NCBI GenBank assembly: GCA_964016885.1
Contig: OZ024743.1
Location: 160,022,001 to 160,086,000 of the forward strand
Length of the DNA: 64,000 nt
Reading direction: 5' to 3'
Source of the DNA: Eledone cirrhosa
Lineage: Eukaryota
Positions 23,622 through 37,002 of this stretch are shown one piece after another. The position numbers were made by a program, and so were the translations under genes. A model generated the notes under the pieces. It worked only from the letters and a program-made list of their open reading frames with translations, searched no databases and was not told the origin of the DNA. Each line of letters starts with the position of its first letter. Position 1 is the stretch's first letter.

Positions 23622-26232
23622 ATAATAATAAATTTGAAGACTAAAATCCAAAGAGGGTTCGATAAGGATAAATATATATCAAATATATAAGAACCGTAGA
23701 GCAAAGTTTAAGCAAAGAATCGGTACTTTCACCCTTAACGGGATCTTCTGAAATTAACGAAGTCAATCTGTAAACGCAGAAGTGGATATTTAAAAAAACG
23801 TTGCAACCGGAGGAAGACAGGAAGACAATACTTTGGTTCGTGGAAACGTTCCCTGGCAAAGAACGGGAAAAACGAATATAATACGTCATTAATAGGAGCG
23901 GTTAAAAACAATTACACGCAAAGACAGAACCAGGTATATGGTATAAAAGAAGTCGTAGACTAATGTTCTCTTAGGTGGTTCATAGAGACTTTCTCTGGCA
24001 ATGAACAGAAAAAACGAAGATAATACGTCATATGTGTTGCGTGGAGAACAATTGCACGCAAAGACAAAACCAGGTAAATGGTATAGCTGAAGTCGTAGAC
24101 TAAAATTCTAACTAGGAATCCGAATGAATCTCCGCTTCAGAGTTAAGAATAAAGTAAATGATATACAATACGGAGGTAATAGAAACAAATAATACATACA
24201 CGCATGCAAATACGTACATACACAAGCATACGCGAAAACACTTGCCATAGGTATACAAAACCACGCACATATAAATATATGTATGTGTGTGTGTGCGTGT
24301 ATTCAAATAAATAAATAATTAAATAAACGTATATAAATAAATAAATATGTATATAACAAGCGCACACACATACCTACAAGTAAATACACAAATGTTCGGA
24401 GACGACGTCAGCCAAAACATGAAGTACACAATACACACACTCTACATACGTACGAACCTCCATACTCACACATACGTAAAACTCCCGCATACGCATAACC
24501 AAACCATATGTACAAGAATATATAAAAAATTATACGCCATAACATATACAATCAAATATACATACGAGAAAGTATACGTACTTTAACAAAACATACAGGT
24601 ACTGTATAATTACCTATGCAAATAAGTAACGGTATAAACATAACATATACTTAGCTACCACATCAAGACGTAAAATATCCACGTATAGATCGTACTATCC
24701 GTTAGGGTATAACGTGGGGCTGTAAATCATGAAAGTTTTGTGCAATTTATGTTTACAAGCCGAAATTGCCTCAGATTTTTGTTTAAGATGTGGTCTGTGG
24801 CGTAGAGTATTTCCAGGGCCTCAGCGGCACAGAGGTCACATGGTCTTTTATTACCGTTATACGATCTAGCCCTAGCTAGAATCTCCCAGTGTAACTTATA
24901 TTGGGTGTGGTTGTCTTTTAGACTCCAGGTATAATCTGAAAGTGACATCGTATTCCTTCTTAGAGGGTAACGAAAAGAATGGGTATGCAAGTAAAGACGC
25001 TGCTTGAATCTATTGGCGGTTAACCCTATGTAGGCCCTACGGGACGTGGGTGTTTCAACCTTACATTTGTAGACAATGTTACTAGAGAGGTATTTCCCGG
25101 ATAGGAGGCAATCAACCCGATTCCTACAATTACAGTTAGTACTAACTACAGGGTTGCACGTGTTCCTACGACTAGGTAGTTTAGCTAAATTTGAAGCTGT
25201 GATGTTATGTGCAAGGTTAGGAGTCGTAGAGTAAGAATTGTAATAGTATTTCTATTAAATATTTTACTATATTTATGTGTAGGGGGAAAATGCTTCGTAA
25301 TAAAGGAAAGAAAGATCTTAGCTAATGGTGTGGCCACCTCCAAATTATATGGTCGGTTATACAAACAAATGCGACGGGATCTATTTCTTCTAGGTCTATT
25401 TTCGTACTCTGTATATGCTACCTTATAGACAAATCCACTCCGAGCAAGACCTTCATTGTAATAAGTGGAATGGTCGTTGAAAATATGCTCGTTAGTAGAT
25501 AGACGGGAAAGCCTCAACGAAACGTTTCTTACCAGGTTCTTGGTTATGCTGGCAGGATGGTTTGGATGCTTTCTTATGTAATTAAGCGTATCATTCGGCT
25601 TTCTATAGGGGTAATACAACCCATTCGATAAATTGAGGGTAACGCCGAGGTAATTAACGACCGAGAGATTGGCCTCAACCTGTATAGAGAGGTTGAAGCC
25701 TTTAAAGAAGGCTGTGAGTTCTTTTCTGAACCCGTCGCAAGCACGAGGTCCGCACTTAGTCATGGTTAAAAGACCATCATCACGGTACAAACGCGTTGGG
25801 GAATTCGTCCTTGATAGAGAAAAGAAGGAAAAAGGCGGATAAGATCAGTAACCTCCGCAGAATCGCTGGCGCCCATACTCACGCCGAATGGGGTACTATT
25901 GGATTTGTTAATCCAAATAGAGTCGTCGAAATTAATCACCAACTTACGGGCATTGAGGATGACATCAACTTCGAAATCCTTAACCACTGTGAGTCTTTTA
26001 GCGAAATTGCTAGCTCTAAGGAGAAGTGGTAAAGTGATGGAGGAGTAGTAATTGTTGATGTCGAATTGGATAAAACGGCAATGTTCCTTGTTACATATGC
26101 CGTTGAACCAATCAATCACCGCGAAAGAATTGTTCCACAGTGCAAGAGGGGACAAACTTCTAATTTCAGGTGTAATTCTATCAAGAATCCTTTTACTAAG
26201 GGCTTAAACTTTAATCTGTTATTTTAATAAAT
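23617..26232 (-). mobile_element. PLE family B: degenerate RT and GIY-YIG, pseudo-LTR with CAGAAGA HHR at 23705-23755, short inverted 5' piece at 26202-26232
   Basis: FIQFDINNYYSSI, MGASDSAEVTDL, LYRDDGLL, CDLC..E in ORFs 25766-26155, 25185-25790 and 24727-24990. Confidence 0.92.
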
Positions 26233-26265
26233 ATATATATATATATAATATATATATATATATTT

Positions 26266-26332
<67 letters not shown>

Positions 26333-26334
<2 letters not shown>

Positions 26335-26472
26335 CGTTTCTGAATTTGTTTAGCAAGATTCTTTATCTGAAATCGTGTGTTGAAACCGATATTGTTATAG
26401 TTATTGTTATACTTTGGGAGGGTCATGTTGCCAATAAGAAACACACGCACCAGTTGCTTTCACTTCAATTTA
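26333..26472 (+). repeat. Unclassified ~135-bp dispersed repeat (family H)
   Basis: Reverse-complement copy at 57964-58092. Confidence 0.8.
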
Positions 26473-26570
26473 TTATATATTTATAAATTTATAAATTTAC
26501 AAATCTACAAATTTCTAAATTTCTGTTTGGTTGGTTGGTTGGTTCCACAACCAGATAGTTGTTTATATAT

Positions 26571-26615
26571 AGTCATAGTCCTTTCGTCACACACTCTGTG
26601 ACCTCTTCAGTGACT
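26571..26615 (-). ncRNA. Type I hammerhead ribozyme downstream of a GIY-YIG fragment
   Basis: agtca-CTGAAGA-ggtcacagagtgtgtgac-GAAA-ggac-TA-tgact. Confidence 0.85.
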
Positions 26616-26819
26616 GGGGATTCCTTTCTTTGTTTCTGTGCCTTTCCTTTCTTCTGTCCTACGCCATTTTGTTTCTGTGTGTGTGTTGTGTGCTCAGTTT
26701 GCGCATGCGCCACATCCGGGTGTCTGTGTGTGTTTGTGTTCATTTATCTATTTGTTTATTTATTTACATGTTGTTGGTTGGTTGTTTGTTCTATGTGTGT
26801 GTCTGTTTTCATTTTGTCC

Positions 26820-27089
26820 TTAATTGTAAGTTGTGATGTTGCTGTTCCACTCATATTTTCTATTTAATTTTGGTTGTAATTCTTTTATGTTTACTGCCTC
26901 TGTAATTTGTCTAAACATTGCATCTTTTCTGTGTGTAGATTCTATTTTTATTTCTATGTTCTCTAATTTACCCTTGTGTTCTATCTTAGCATGTTGGTAG
27001 AGTACAGATGATTCTTTATTATCTTGAAGGTCTCGCCAGTGTTCATTTATCCGTTCCCCTATACTACGAGCTGTCTCACCTATGTACAC
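26820..27089 (-). pseudogene. PLE GIY-YIG endonuclease fragment of a different clade (Nematis/Neptune-like)
   Basis: YIGETARS..ER..EH...SVL..H....H...RQITEAV.I...P.LNRK.EW. Confidence 0.85.
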
Positions 27090-27885
27090 TATATTTTTGT
27101 TTCTACATTGTCCTTCAGTACATCAAAGTATAACAATATATATATATATATGAATGTACGTATTGTATATTTAATAAAGCACTGTAAATTTCCAATATTT
27201 TGGAATACATTAAAATCTGTATGTAACTTCACAAACAGATACATAAAAAAAGGTAAATAAAAACGGGGGGGGGTACAGGATAAGGTGCGTGTATCCATGT
27301 GATATACTACACACAGGTAGTATGAGGTGCAAACTTAGGTCCCTATATAGAACAAGTAACAGTTACAAAACATTAATGACACTAATAATCATTGTTCCAA
27401 TGTGGAACATGTGGGGAGTATATAGAGACGATTTACGGGGTACACATTCAAGGGGACGCCCGGCCCGGTCACCGTGGGGCATGGCACCGTGGCTGGGGCG
27501 TGCTGTTCTATATGTTTGGGGTATCGAACCGGCCTAGGCGATGTATCTGCCCAATGTTGCGTGCTCGTTCAGGTGTGCCATGATTTACATATGTATCTAT
27601 TTGTGAAGTTACATACAGATTTTAATGTATTGTAAAATATTGTAAATTTATTTATTTTATTTGATTATACTATTGTGTTTATATATGTGTGTTTTTATGT
27701 ATAGACCTATGCGTAGGTATATGTATGTGTGTGTGTATGTAGATATATATATATATATATATATATACGTGGGTGTGCATGGGTGTGTGTATATGTTCAT
27801 GTGTACGCATATGCATGAACTTATGTGCACGTGTGTGTGCATACATGTACATGTATGTACGTATGTGGCTGAGCGTGTGCATATT

Positions 27886-27920
<35 letters not shown>

Positions 27921-28564
27921 ATGTACGTATAGCTACGTATGAGTATGTGTGTGTATGTGGGTGCGTATGTGTACATATATGTGTGGGTGCGGGTGTATGC
28001 ATATGTGGGCCTCTATATATGTATATGTGTATTTGTGTATACTGTATATGTTTGTGTACATCTCACTTGAATGTGTTCGGATGATTATATAAGGATTATA
28101 TATACATTTTATTACTATTATTTTTATTATTTTATCATATATCCATTGTATATATCCGTATATGTATGTATGAATGTGTGTACATGTATATATAGATATA
28201 TATCTATTATATTGTATACTATATTGATATCTAATGTTATGTTATTTTACCGTTATTTTATGGTATATTGTGGTTTTTATTATATAATGTATTTTATTTT
28301 ACGGTTTTGTTTATATATGTATATGTGGAAACATGTGTGTGTAATCAAATTTGCATATGTGCATGTGTCTGCATGTGGCCGTCCGTGTGCGTATGTATAT
28401 GTAGATGTATATATGTCTACATGTATATATGTATGTATATTTGTGGGTGTGCGTATGCATGTAGGTTTTTTTTTGTATAAATATATATATATGTGTGTGT
28501 GTAGGTACGTGTGTATGTAATGTTGTGTACGTATGTGTATTGTGTATGTATGTGTGTGCATGTG

Positions 28565-28638
<74 letters not shown>

Positions 28639-29238
28639 CGTGTGTGTGTGTGTGTATGTATATATGTGTGTGTATGTGTGTGTATATATATGTATATAAG
28701 ATTGTGCGTAGGTATGTGTGCGCGCGTATGTGTGTGTAAATGTGTATGTTTGCGTGGGTCGTGCCTGTCGGACCGGATATATGGCGCGACTTAAGCAGGC
28801 GCTAATAGGCTTGTGGCAGTCGGTATCTAGAAGTGGGTGTACCTGGGTCTGTGGAAGAGAGGGAGAGGGTGTACGTGTATATATATATATATATGTGTGT
28901 GTGGGATGTGTGTGTCTACGCATGTATGCGTACATATGTGTATGCACGCATGTACATGTGTCTGCCTGTGTGTGTATATGTGTGTGTGTGTGTATATGTA
29001 TGTGTGGGTACATACTCTGGAGTGTGAACAGACGTGTGAGAAAACGAACCCAGCATGACTCCATTGAAGTGTGTCGGACGTAAAATGACTGATGACCTGT
29101 GTAGCAGTAAATAGTGACCAGAACTTAAGACGACGTGGTGTAACAGCCAATGGCATGACATGAGTGGAAGAGGTTTTTTGAAGGTTTTTTTTTATGAAAA
29201 CACCCCAGTGATAAAATTTGCTCCGAACGAACTACCCG

Positions 29239-29325
29239 TGTCTGAAAGAACCTGCAGCCGTAGAATTAGCCAGATCCATACAGGGACGATGTCTCGAGCT
29301 ACCTGCCGGCGAAACAATTGTAACA
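29239..29325 (+). ncRNA. Hammerhead motif with 61-nt helix II and an extra A in the core
   Basis: tgt-CTGAAAGA-acctgcagccgtag...ctacctgccggc-GAAA-caattg-TA-aca, followed by AATAAA. Confidence 0.6.
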
Positions 29326-29619
29326 GGCAATAAATTGAGTCCAGATGCATCACTGGTTTTTCGTTTTTTTATACTATCCACACTCTACTCTGTTGAATAT
29401 TGAGTGCTAATGTTGGCATATCGCCTATGGAAGCACCATAGCTACCATTATACACAAGTGTATATGTATATATATGTACATATATATATAAATAAATAAA
29501 TAAATAAATATATATATATATATATATATTTATTGAAATAACAGATTAAAGTTTAAGCAAAGAATCGCTGCTTTTACCCTTAACTTTCATTTAATATATA
29601 TAAATATATATATATATAA

Positions 29620-30543
29620 CATTTGTTGAAAAGGTAACACACTAGAGAGAGATAGTATGCCATCAATAAAAAATAAAACAAGGAAAAACCACCAGTGTAT
29701 GGAATCTATAACCTATGTAAGGCAGAGTAGACACACGATAATTAAAAATATAAATTAAAGTGTATATAAATACCTGTATAACTATATAACACACGTACAA
29801 ATCCAAAGAGATCTGTTTTGCCAATAAGTTGTTGACAGAAATGATATAGCCCATGGTACATCAGCGTGTGTAAGGCTATACATTTCAGACAACTCTAAGA
29901 GAATTTAAATCTAACCGTCCAGCTAAACGTGGGAGAGAAAAGTCACAGCGTGTTTAGGGCAGTGAACCAGTGGCTTTTGTGGGACGAGCTGCTAGAAAGG
30001 GCAGCTCAAAACCACTCATAGAAGTCTGCTCAGCCCAACAGAGAGAGGAAAGACTGTTATAAGGAGCGAAATATCACTATAAATTAACGGAGCCATAGAC
30101 TATCGCTATTGCCTGTCAATAATGTGCTGAAAGGAGAAGGAAGAGTCCTGAGCTCTTTAAAAAAGCTAGACGGTCGTTTTAAATTCTCTTAGAGTTGTCT
30201 GAAATGTATAGCCTTACACACGCTGATAAACCATGGGCTATATCATTTCTGTCAACAACTTATTGGCGAAACAGATCTCTTTGGATTTGTAAGTGTGTTA
30301 TATAGTTATAGAGGTAGGTATTTACACTTTAATTTATATTTTTAATTATCGTGTCTACTCTGCCTTTCATAGGTTATAGATTTCATACACTGGTGGTTTT
30401 TCCTTGTTTTATTGTGTGGCGCACTATCTCTCTCTAGTGTGTTACCTTTTCAACATATTGTATTTTAAAGAGCTCAGGATTCCTTTTCCTTTGAGCACAT
30501 TATTGACAAGGAATAGCGAGAGTCTATGGCTCCGTTAATTCAT

Positions 30544-30552
<9 letters not shown>
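29620..30552. mobile_element. Complex fold-back element with two inverted-repeat pairs and an HHR in each main arm (29790-29870 minus, 30217-30297 plus)
   Basis: 29623-29909 inverted to 30178-30455; 30070-30160 inverted to 30463-30552; consensus cacacg-CTGATGA-..-GAAA-cagatctctttggatttg-TA-cgtgtg. Confidence 0.8.
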
Positions 30553-30640
<88 letters not shown>

Positions 30641-30642
<2 letters not shown>

Positions 30643-30827
30643 AGCTTTGGCCGTATTTTTAGTAAAGAACTTCCAGTCTGATAGAGGGGTTTAGAACCCT
30701 CTAAGAAATGGAAAAAGATGAGTATTGCCGAACATGTACGTCAATACTCATCTTTTTCCATTTCTTAGAGGCTTCTAATCTCCACTATCAGACTAAAATT
30801 TCTGTAGTCAAATACGGTGAATGCTTC
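30641..30827. repeat. ~190-bp imperfect fold-back
   Basis: ctctaagaaatggaaaaagatgagtattg and caatactcatctttttccatttcttagag form perfect inner arms. Confidence 0.85.
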
Positions 30828-31055
30828 TATTTAAAATTCGTTCGCTGTTTAAGAAAAAGTCTTGCTTATATATATATATATTAAAAAACACAAACAAATA
30901 ATCAAAGTTGTTGGTCACACGATTCCCTAGAAATGCATAGCGAAAGGCCTTCTAAATGTTTTTAAATAAGCATACATTACATTATTAAATATAAAATACG
31001 TACATTCATTATTTTAGAGCACCAATACAAATTTCTAATTCATGCTGGGCCGGGA

Positions 31056-31133
31056 ACCGCTCTGTATGCGTTTCAACAGCTCATAATTGGAATTCTATAA
31101 GAATCCAGCTTCTATAGCTTCAGCAAAGGCGGT
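31056..31133 (-). ncRNA. Slightly decayed hammerhead inside a 308-bp terminally redundant unit
   Basis: accgcctttg-CTGAAGC-..agct ggattct/agaattcc..agct..-GAAA-cgca-TA-cagagcggt. Confidence 0.65.
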
Positions 31134-31304
31134 AGAACATGTAGTCTACATAACCGCTAATAAATGAACAATGGTGGCAGTTGATTACTTCCCCCTGTTT
31201 TTGTTGGAGATAGGTATGTGACGTCAGTCGCTATCTTAAAATTTATTGCGAAAGACCTTCAAAATGTTTTAAAATAAACATACATTATATTATTAAATAT
31301 ACAA

Positions 31305-31447
<143 letters not shown>

Positions 31448-31535
31448 ATTTAAAAAGTAATCAGAAGTAATAAAGCAAACTACACAGTACAATGGAGAAA
31501 TATATTAGTTTAATGCTTGAAATAATAGGAAAAGA

Positions 31536-31573
31536 GACTTAACGTTCGGGATAGTAGTCCTTCATCAGAAGAC
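31536..31573 (-). ncRNA. Hammerhead motif, family E (one core A missing)
   Basis: gtctt-CTGATGA-aggactactatccc-GAA-cg-TT-aagtc. Confidence 0.6.
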
Positions 31574-32186
31574 AGAATGGCAAATAAAGCATGTAATAGA
31601 AAGATAAAAAGTGAGAAGAGGAAAGAACGGGATATAAATTGTTTCTACTTTTGAGATATAAATAGTGGGGGTGAGTGATTGTTCATGAGTGTGTTCGTTT
31701 AGATATATAAAACTTTGTTTTCACTGAACAATTGCTTTCCTTGCGTTCCTTGAATAAAGATTTATTTTAGCTACTATTTAGCAATTCCGTTTAGTCGTCA
31801 TGATGACGATGTTATATCCTATCTGGAGATAGAGAATTAAAATTTGCTGCCTATATATTTGGTTTATAATCCTGTTAGTAATAATCTTTTTGCTTGGCTT
31901 TTATGGTGCTTCTTTCAATATATGGCGGTCAGCATCCGCACGTAGGAGGAAGATGATATTATTGAAGTAATCCATTGAAATGAAGGCGAAGCTTAGTAAT
32001 CGCAATGAAATGATTTGAATGGTTTCTTATAGAATTGTAGTTATATTTTCCTCGAAAAAAGTTCAATAAATCTCATTTACTAACACACAACATGTGTCAT
32101 ATATATGTATAAGACAAATCTCTCTCTCTCTCTCTCTCACCCACATATACACACACACACACAAATCACACACACACATATATATA

Positions 32187-32235
<49 letters not shown>

Positions 32236-32468
32236 TTACGTACACACATATATTCAACTCTTGGTAAATAACTATATTTAAAAGTTAAATTTTAAACTTC
32301 TTTAAGGGCACATAGCCTTCTACGTAATGTTATTCCTCAGTTGTTTGTATGTTTCGTATTTAAGTGCATCCTCATGTAATTATTAGTACTCGGTATATTA
32401 AATTTCACACACATCCTTCTACGTGTACGTCACATGTCAGTGCACGTAAGGCATATTTGAAGGGATTA

Positions 32469-32883
32469 CATATTGCTTATTAATAATTGTTTCTACTTTT
32501 GGCACAAGGCCAGCAATCATCCAATGCATTACTGGTACTTTATTTTATCGACTCCGTAAGGATGAAAGGCAAAGTTAACCTCGGCGGGATTTGAACTCAG
32601 AATAGCAAGGTCCGTAACTCTATGCGTCAAAGCATGGCGTCCGACCTTTTACCGATACTGCCAATCCATATTGCTTATTAATAATTGTTTCTACTTTTGG
32701 CACAAGGCCAGCAATTAACCAGTGTATTACTGGTACTTTATTTTATCGACCCCGTAAGGATGAAAGGCAAAGTTAACCTCGGCGGGATTTGAACTCAGAA
32801 TAGCAAGGTCCGTAACTCTATGCGTCAAAGCATGGCGTCCGACCTTTTACCGATACTGCCAATCCATATTGCTTATTAATAAT
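32469..32883 (-). mobile_element. Tandem SINE dimer, 198-bp period
   Basis: SINEs at 32488-32666 and 32686-32864; catattgcttattaataat present three times (32469, 32667, 32865). Confidence 0.95.
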
Positions 32884-33418
32884 AGACACAAGACATATAA
32901 TATTGCAAGTATATCCATTATTATTACAGGCAGAAAATATAAATCCATTCTATATATTAACACAATGTTATATACCTTCAAAGGATTATGCTTTAAAAAG
33001 ACCCGACGAAATCGCTTTCATATCACATTCTACAACTCAATTTAAATTGACCTGTTATTACATTGTCTGGTACATCCTCTAAGACGGTAAAGTGTATTCA
33101 AAATAGATCTTCCTGCTATTTCCAGCAATCCTACCTTACCAAATGACAAAAGTATATATGGGTAAGAATCCACACGTAGCAATAAGTTGATATTGTTGAT
33201 GTAATCCATTGAATTGAAGACGAAATTTTATTAATTCACATGAAATGACTTGCAATGATTCTTATAGAATTTTGGTTACATTTTCCTCGTTTATACAAGG
33301 AAAATGTAACCAAAATTCTATAAGAAAAAAAAAATCAATCACGCCAAGCGTTCACCTAATATATACCTTCCGTATACTGTACTGATTGTGTTGTTATTTC
33401 TGTTTACCTTTTACATAC

Positions 33419-33453
<35 letters not shown>

Positions 33454-34876
33454 AGTGTGTGTGTGTGTATGCGCGCGCGCGCGTGTATGTGTGTATGTGT
33501 GTGTGTGTGTGTCTGTGTGTGTGTGTGTGTGTGTGTATTATGTCAGACAATTCAGAGGATACTCTCGTATCCCAGACACAACTCTCTCATTTTTTCTATT
33601 TTGCACATTCTGTTTACTCCTTTAAAAGAGATGGTTGTGGAATAGGCAGGCAGAGGTATGAAGTACTTCTATTTCAATTCACCAGAGAGATGTATAGGCG
33701 CTGCCTACGATCCTTTCCTGGGTTCTGAAACTGAGGGATGAAAGGAAGGAAGTGAGAAACGGATTCACTAAAGCACACAAGCATCATGTGATGGTGTTTA
33801 AATTTATGGTAAATTAAGTTCAAGTGGGTACACCAGATATTTCATGAGATTTCAAACGTTGCAGCAGGTGACGTTAAGTATTTCCTTTCTATTCATTCAC
33901 ACCATGAAATTAAGTTTCTGTCTAGTTGATCTCATTTTGTAGATTCATACAAAAGACATATAGCATACGTTCCTATTTCATATATCAATCAACACTGTGT
34001 TGCCGCCACAGATTTACAGTAACTTGAAATTTCAGTAATTCAAATAGTATACCGAGACCAGAGACAGAATTCTTTCTAGCATATTTTAATGGTAGAAGGC
34101 TGAAGGTTGAAAACTTCATACCAGTGAGCTAATTAGCAAATGTTTTGAATTAAAACTAAAATTGCTAAAAATAAAATCATCTTATTGTTGTAAATCAAAT
34201 TAAATTCAATCAATTTAAGCGAATGTCAGAAATGGTCAGTTCAGTATCTTAGTAGAATTTTTTGAAGCTCAAAGCATTACTAAATATATCGTCACCAAAT
34301 CGAGGCCACACTGCTATTGTTAAATATTTGCTTCTTCGTTTTTGCTCATTTTGATGGAATTACAGCAATTTATTTTATTCTATTTTATATTTATTTTTTG
34401 TGTATTTTTGTGTTATTAAGCAGAGTATATGCTTTATCAGGACATCGTTTTCTTCAGAGCATCACTGAATCGAATTGATTTTATTTTTAAGGCTATATTT
34501 GTTTCAAAACATTTTCTTATTGTTTTCAGCACTTAAGAAACATTCTGAAGCAATGTTTTACAACTCTAAGTTGTCTAAACCAAGTTTCACATTTTACTCG
34601 ATTTAGCAACATTTATGTCTCTCACCACCACCCCTCTCCCTCTCCCTCTCTCTCTATCTCTCTCTCTCACTCTCTCTCTCTCTATATATATATACTAGAT
34701 GAAATATCAGAACCTCAATAAACAAGAGATTTGATATGTAATAATATACATGACATGTCATCCCAAATGAATATGAACTGGCAACAAGACTTAAAGTATA
34801 TTTTACGCTGTACATAGATTTATTGTCATTCAATAATTCGCAAGTGTGATGAGAAATCAATTCCAGAGTGGTGACC

Positions 34877-34937
34877 GATCGATCACGATTGTACCTTGCG
34901 CTGATCGATCGCGATTGTACCTTGCGCTGATCGATCA
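34877..34937. repeat. 26-bp minisatellite, 2.3 copies
   Basis: gatcgatc(a/g)cgattgtaccttgcgct repeated. Confidence 0.9.
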
Positions 34938-35008
34938 TGAAGCGCGCAGCAGACGAGAATAATCATATTGATACTATATTGAGACCTCGTTCCTAAATTA
35001 TTACTACG

Positions 35009-35226
35009 AGAGTGGAGGATTAACAGTATCGGTTGTGCGTCGTGTGACATGCTTTATGGCATAGAGTTAGGTACCTATATGTTCTGAGTTCAAATTCCGC
35101 CAAGGTTAACATTGTCTTACATCCTTACATGGTCAATAAAATAAAGTACCAGTAACACGTTAGGGTTCGATTTAGTTGACTTTCCTCTTCCCCAAAACTG
35201 TTGGCCTTGTGCCTAAATCGGAAATT
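35009..35226 (+). mobile_element. Older, longer tRNA-derived SINE variant
   Basis: B box GAGTTCAAATTCC, shared core, extra segment before ggccttgtgcctaaa. Confidence 0.8.
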
Positions 35227-35674
35227 ATCATTATTAACGTTTGCGTTTCCTCTTCATTCAGTGTTGTTTACCTTTTTTTGCTAAGCATCTACCTGAGATT
35301 TAGGGCAAATAAACTATACATTGGTGAGCCATTTAACAAAACATATTGATTATATTTACAGCTTTATATATGTATATATGTATATAAATGGAATAGAATG
35401 AAACTAAATTTCATTTCTCACTCTTAGTACAGCACTTACTTAAATGTAAGTATGTATGTATGTATACGTATATACATATATGTATACAGGCGTACAGTAT
35501 TATGTATATATATATATAGATACATGCACACACATATATATATATGCACGAATCGGTTTACCGAACATTTATTATAATGCTCAGTTTATTTATTTGTAAA
35601 AAACAAACAGCCCGAATTACGCCGTACAGTGTTTAGGCAACCACGTCACCTTTTTGTTCAACACTGACACAGGA

Positions 35675-35717
35675 ACGATGTACTAGTTTCAAGCTTATTA
35701 GCTATCGTCAGCATCGT
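35675..35717 (-). ncRNA. Intact minimal type I hammerhead ribozyme
   Basis: acgatg-CTGACGA-tagctaataagctt-GAAA-ctag-TA-catcgt. Confidence 0.93.
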
Positions 35718-35950
35718 ATACCTTCCTGCCAGATGGTTGAACGTCTGAAAGTATATACTTTCCTTATGCATATTAACGGCTGAGCAGCCTAATTTGCATA
35801 TCGAGTGAGTTCAGTCAGCGGAGCACACCGAAAACGATAAATGGAATAGAATGAAACGAAATTTCATTTCTCACCCTATATGGCACTTACTTAAATGTAA
35901 GTATGTATGCATGTATACGTACGTACATACATACATGTATACAGACGTAC

Positions 35951-36037
<87 letters not shown>

Positions 36038-36066
36038 GTTATGTAATAAACAGCATAAGGCAATTA

Positions 36067-36127
36067 TTTCATTTACCAGTGGTTTCTTAAAAGCAAAAAA
36101 ATGTTGCTTTCAATCATCAGAATGAAA
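36067..36127 (-). ncRNA. Type I hammerhead ribozyme, family F (inverted copy)
   Basis: tttcatt-CTGATGA-ttgaaagcaa..ttgcttttaa-GAAA-ccactgg-TA-aatgaaa. Confidence 0.9.
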
Positions 36128-36264
36128 AAATACCGGTGTATTTATTGGCGTTGGATTTTAAAAACAAAAATATAATCTATATGAAAGTGAGGGTGGAAAA
36201 GGAGGAAGGAAAGGAAAAATAAAAACACACATGCAAACACACACACACACACCATTATATACAT

Positions 36265-36347
<83 letters not shown>

Positions 36348-37002
36348 CACATACATATACATACACATATACATACACATACATACATACATACATACAC
36401 ACAATATATACGTATATACACACGTACATACATACACATACATACACACATATATACACCCATACATACGCATGCACAAATATAGAAATATATACTCACA
36501 CCTACATACTCACACACACAAATAAATATGAGCAAAAATATATAATAATAAGAAAAAAATAAAAATGGATAAATGATTAATATAGTGTTGACAGCGATAC
36601 AGGCAACAAATAAATGAACAAACACACGTGGTTAGCAATACACAGAAATGCATGTACACATACATACGTAAAAATAAATACATACACACACACTCTCACA
36701 CATACACATACATATACAAATACATAAACACATACATACGCATACACGTATACATACACATACATATACATATATACATACGCATATACATATATACACA
36801 CACATACGCATATATGTATATATATATATATACATATATATACATACATACATATCCATACATACATACACATACATATACATGCATATCACAAACAAAT
36901 ACATACAAATACAAACACATATATATGTGTGTAAAACTCATTCTTAGATAATTCATATGAACCTTGTTTAACTCTAAAATATATATATATATATATATAA
37001 TA

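Noticed and set aside
26361-26395. CTGAAA..GAAA-ccga-TA in family H
   Set aside because: No helix I pairing and incomplete core in both copies
27380-27590. GC-richer segment, possibly a decayed PLE EN end on the minus strand
   Set aside because: No diagnostic motif survives
29085-29130. CTGATGA followed by a small hairpin
   Set aside because: No GAAA and no helix I
35790-35800. Octamer ATTTGCAT inside the 453-bp unit
   Set aside because: An 8-mer is expected by chance in AT-rich DNA; no supporting elements
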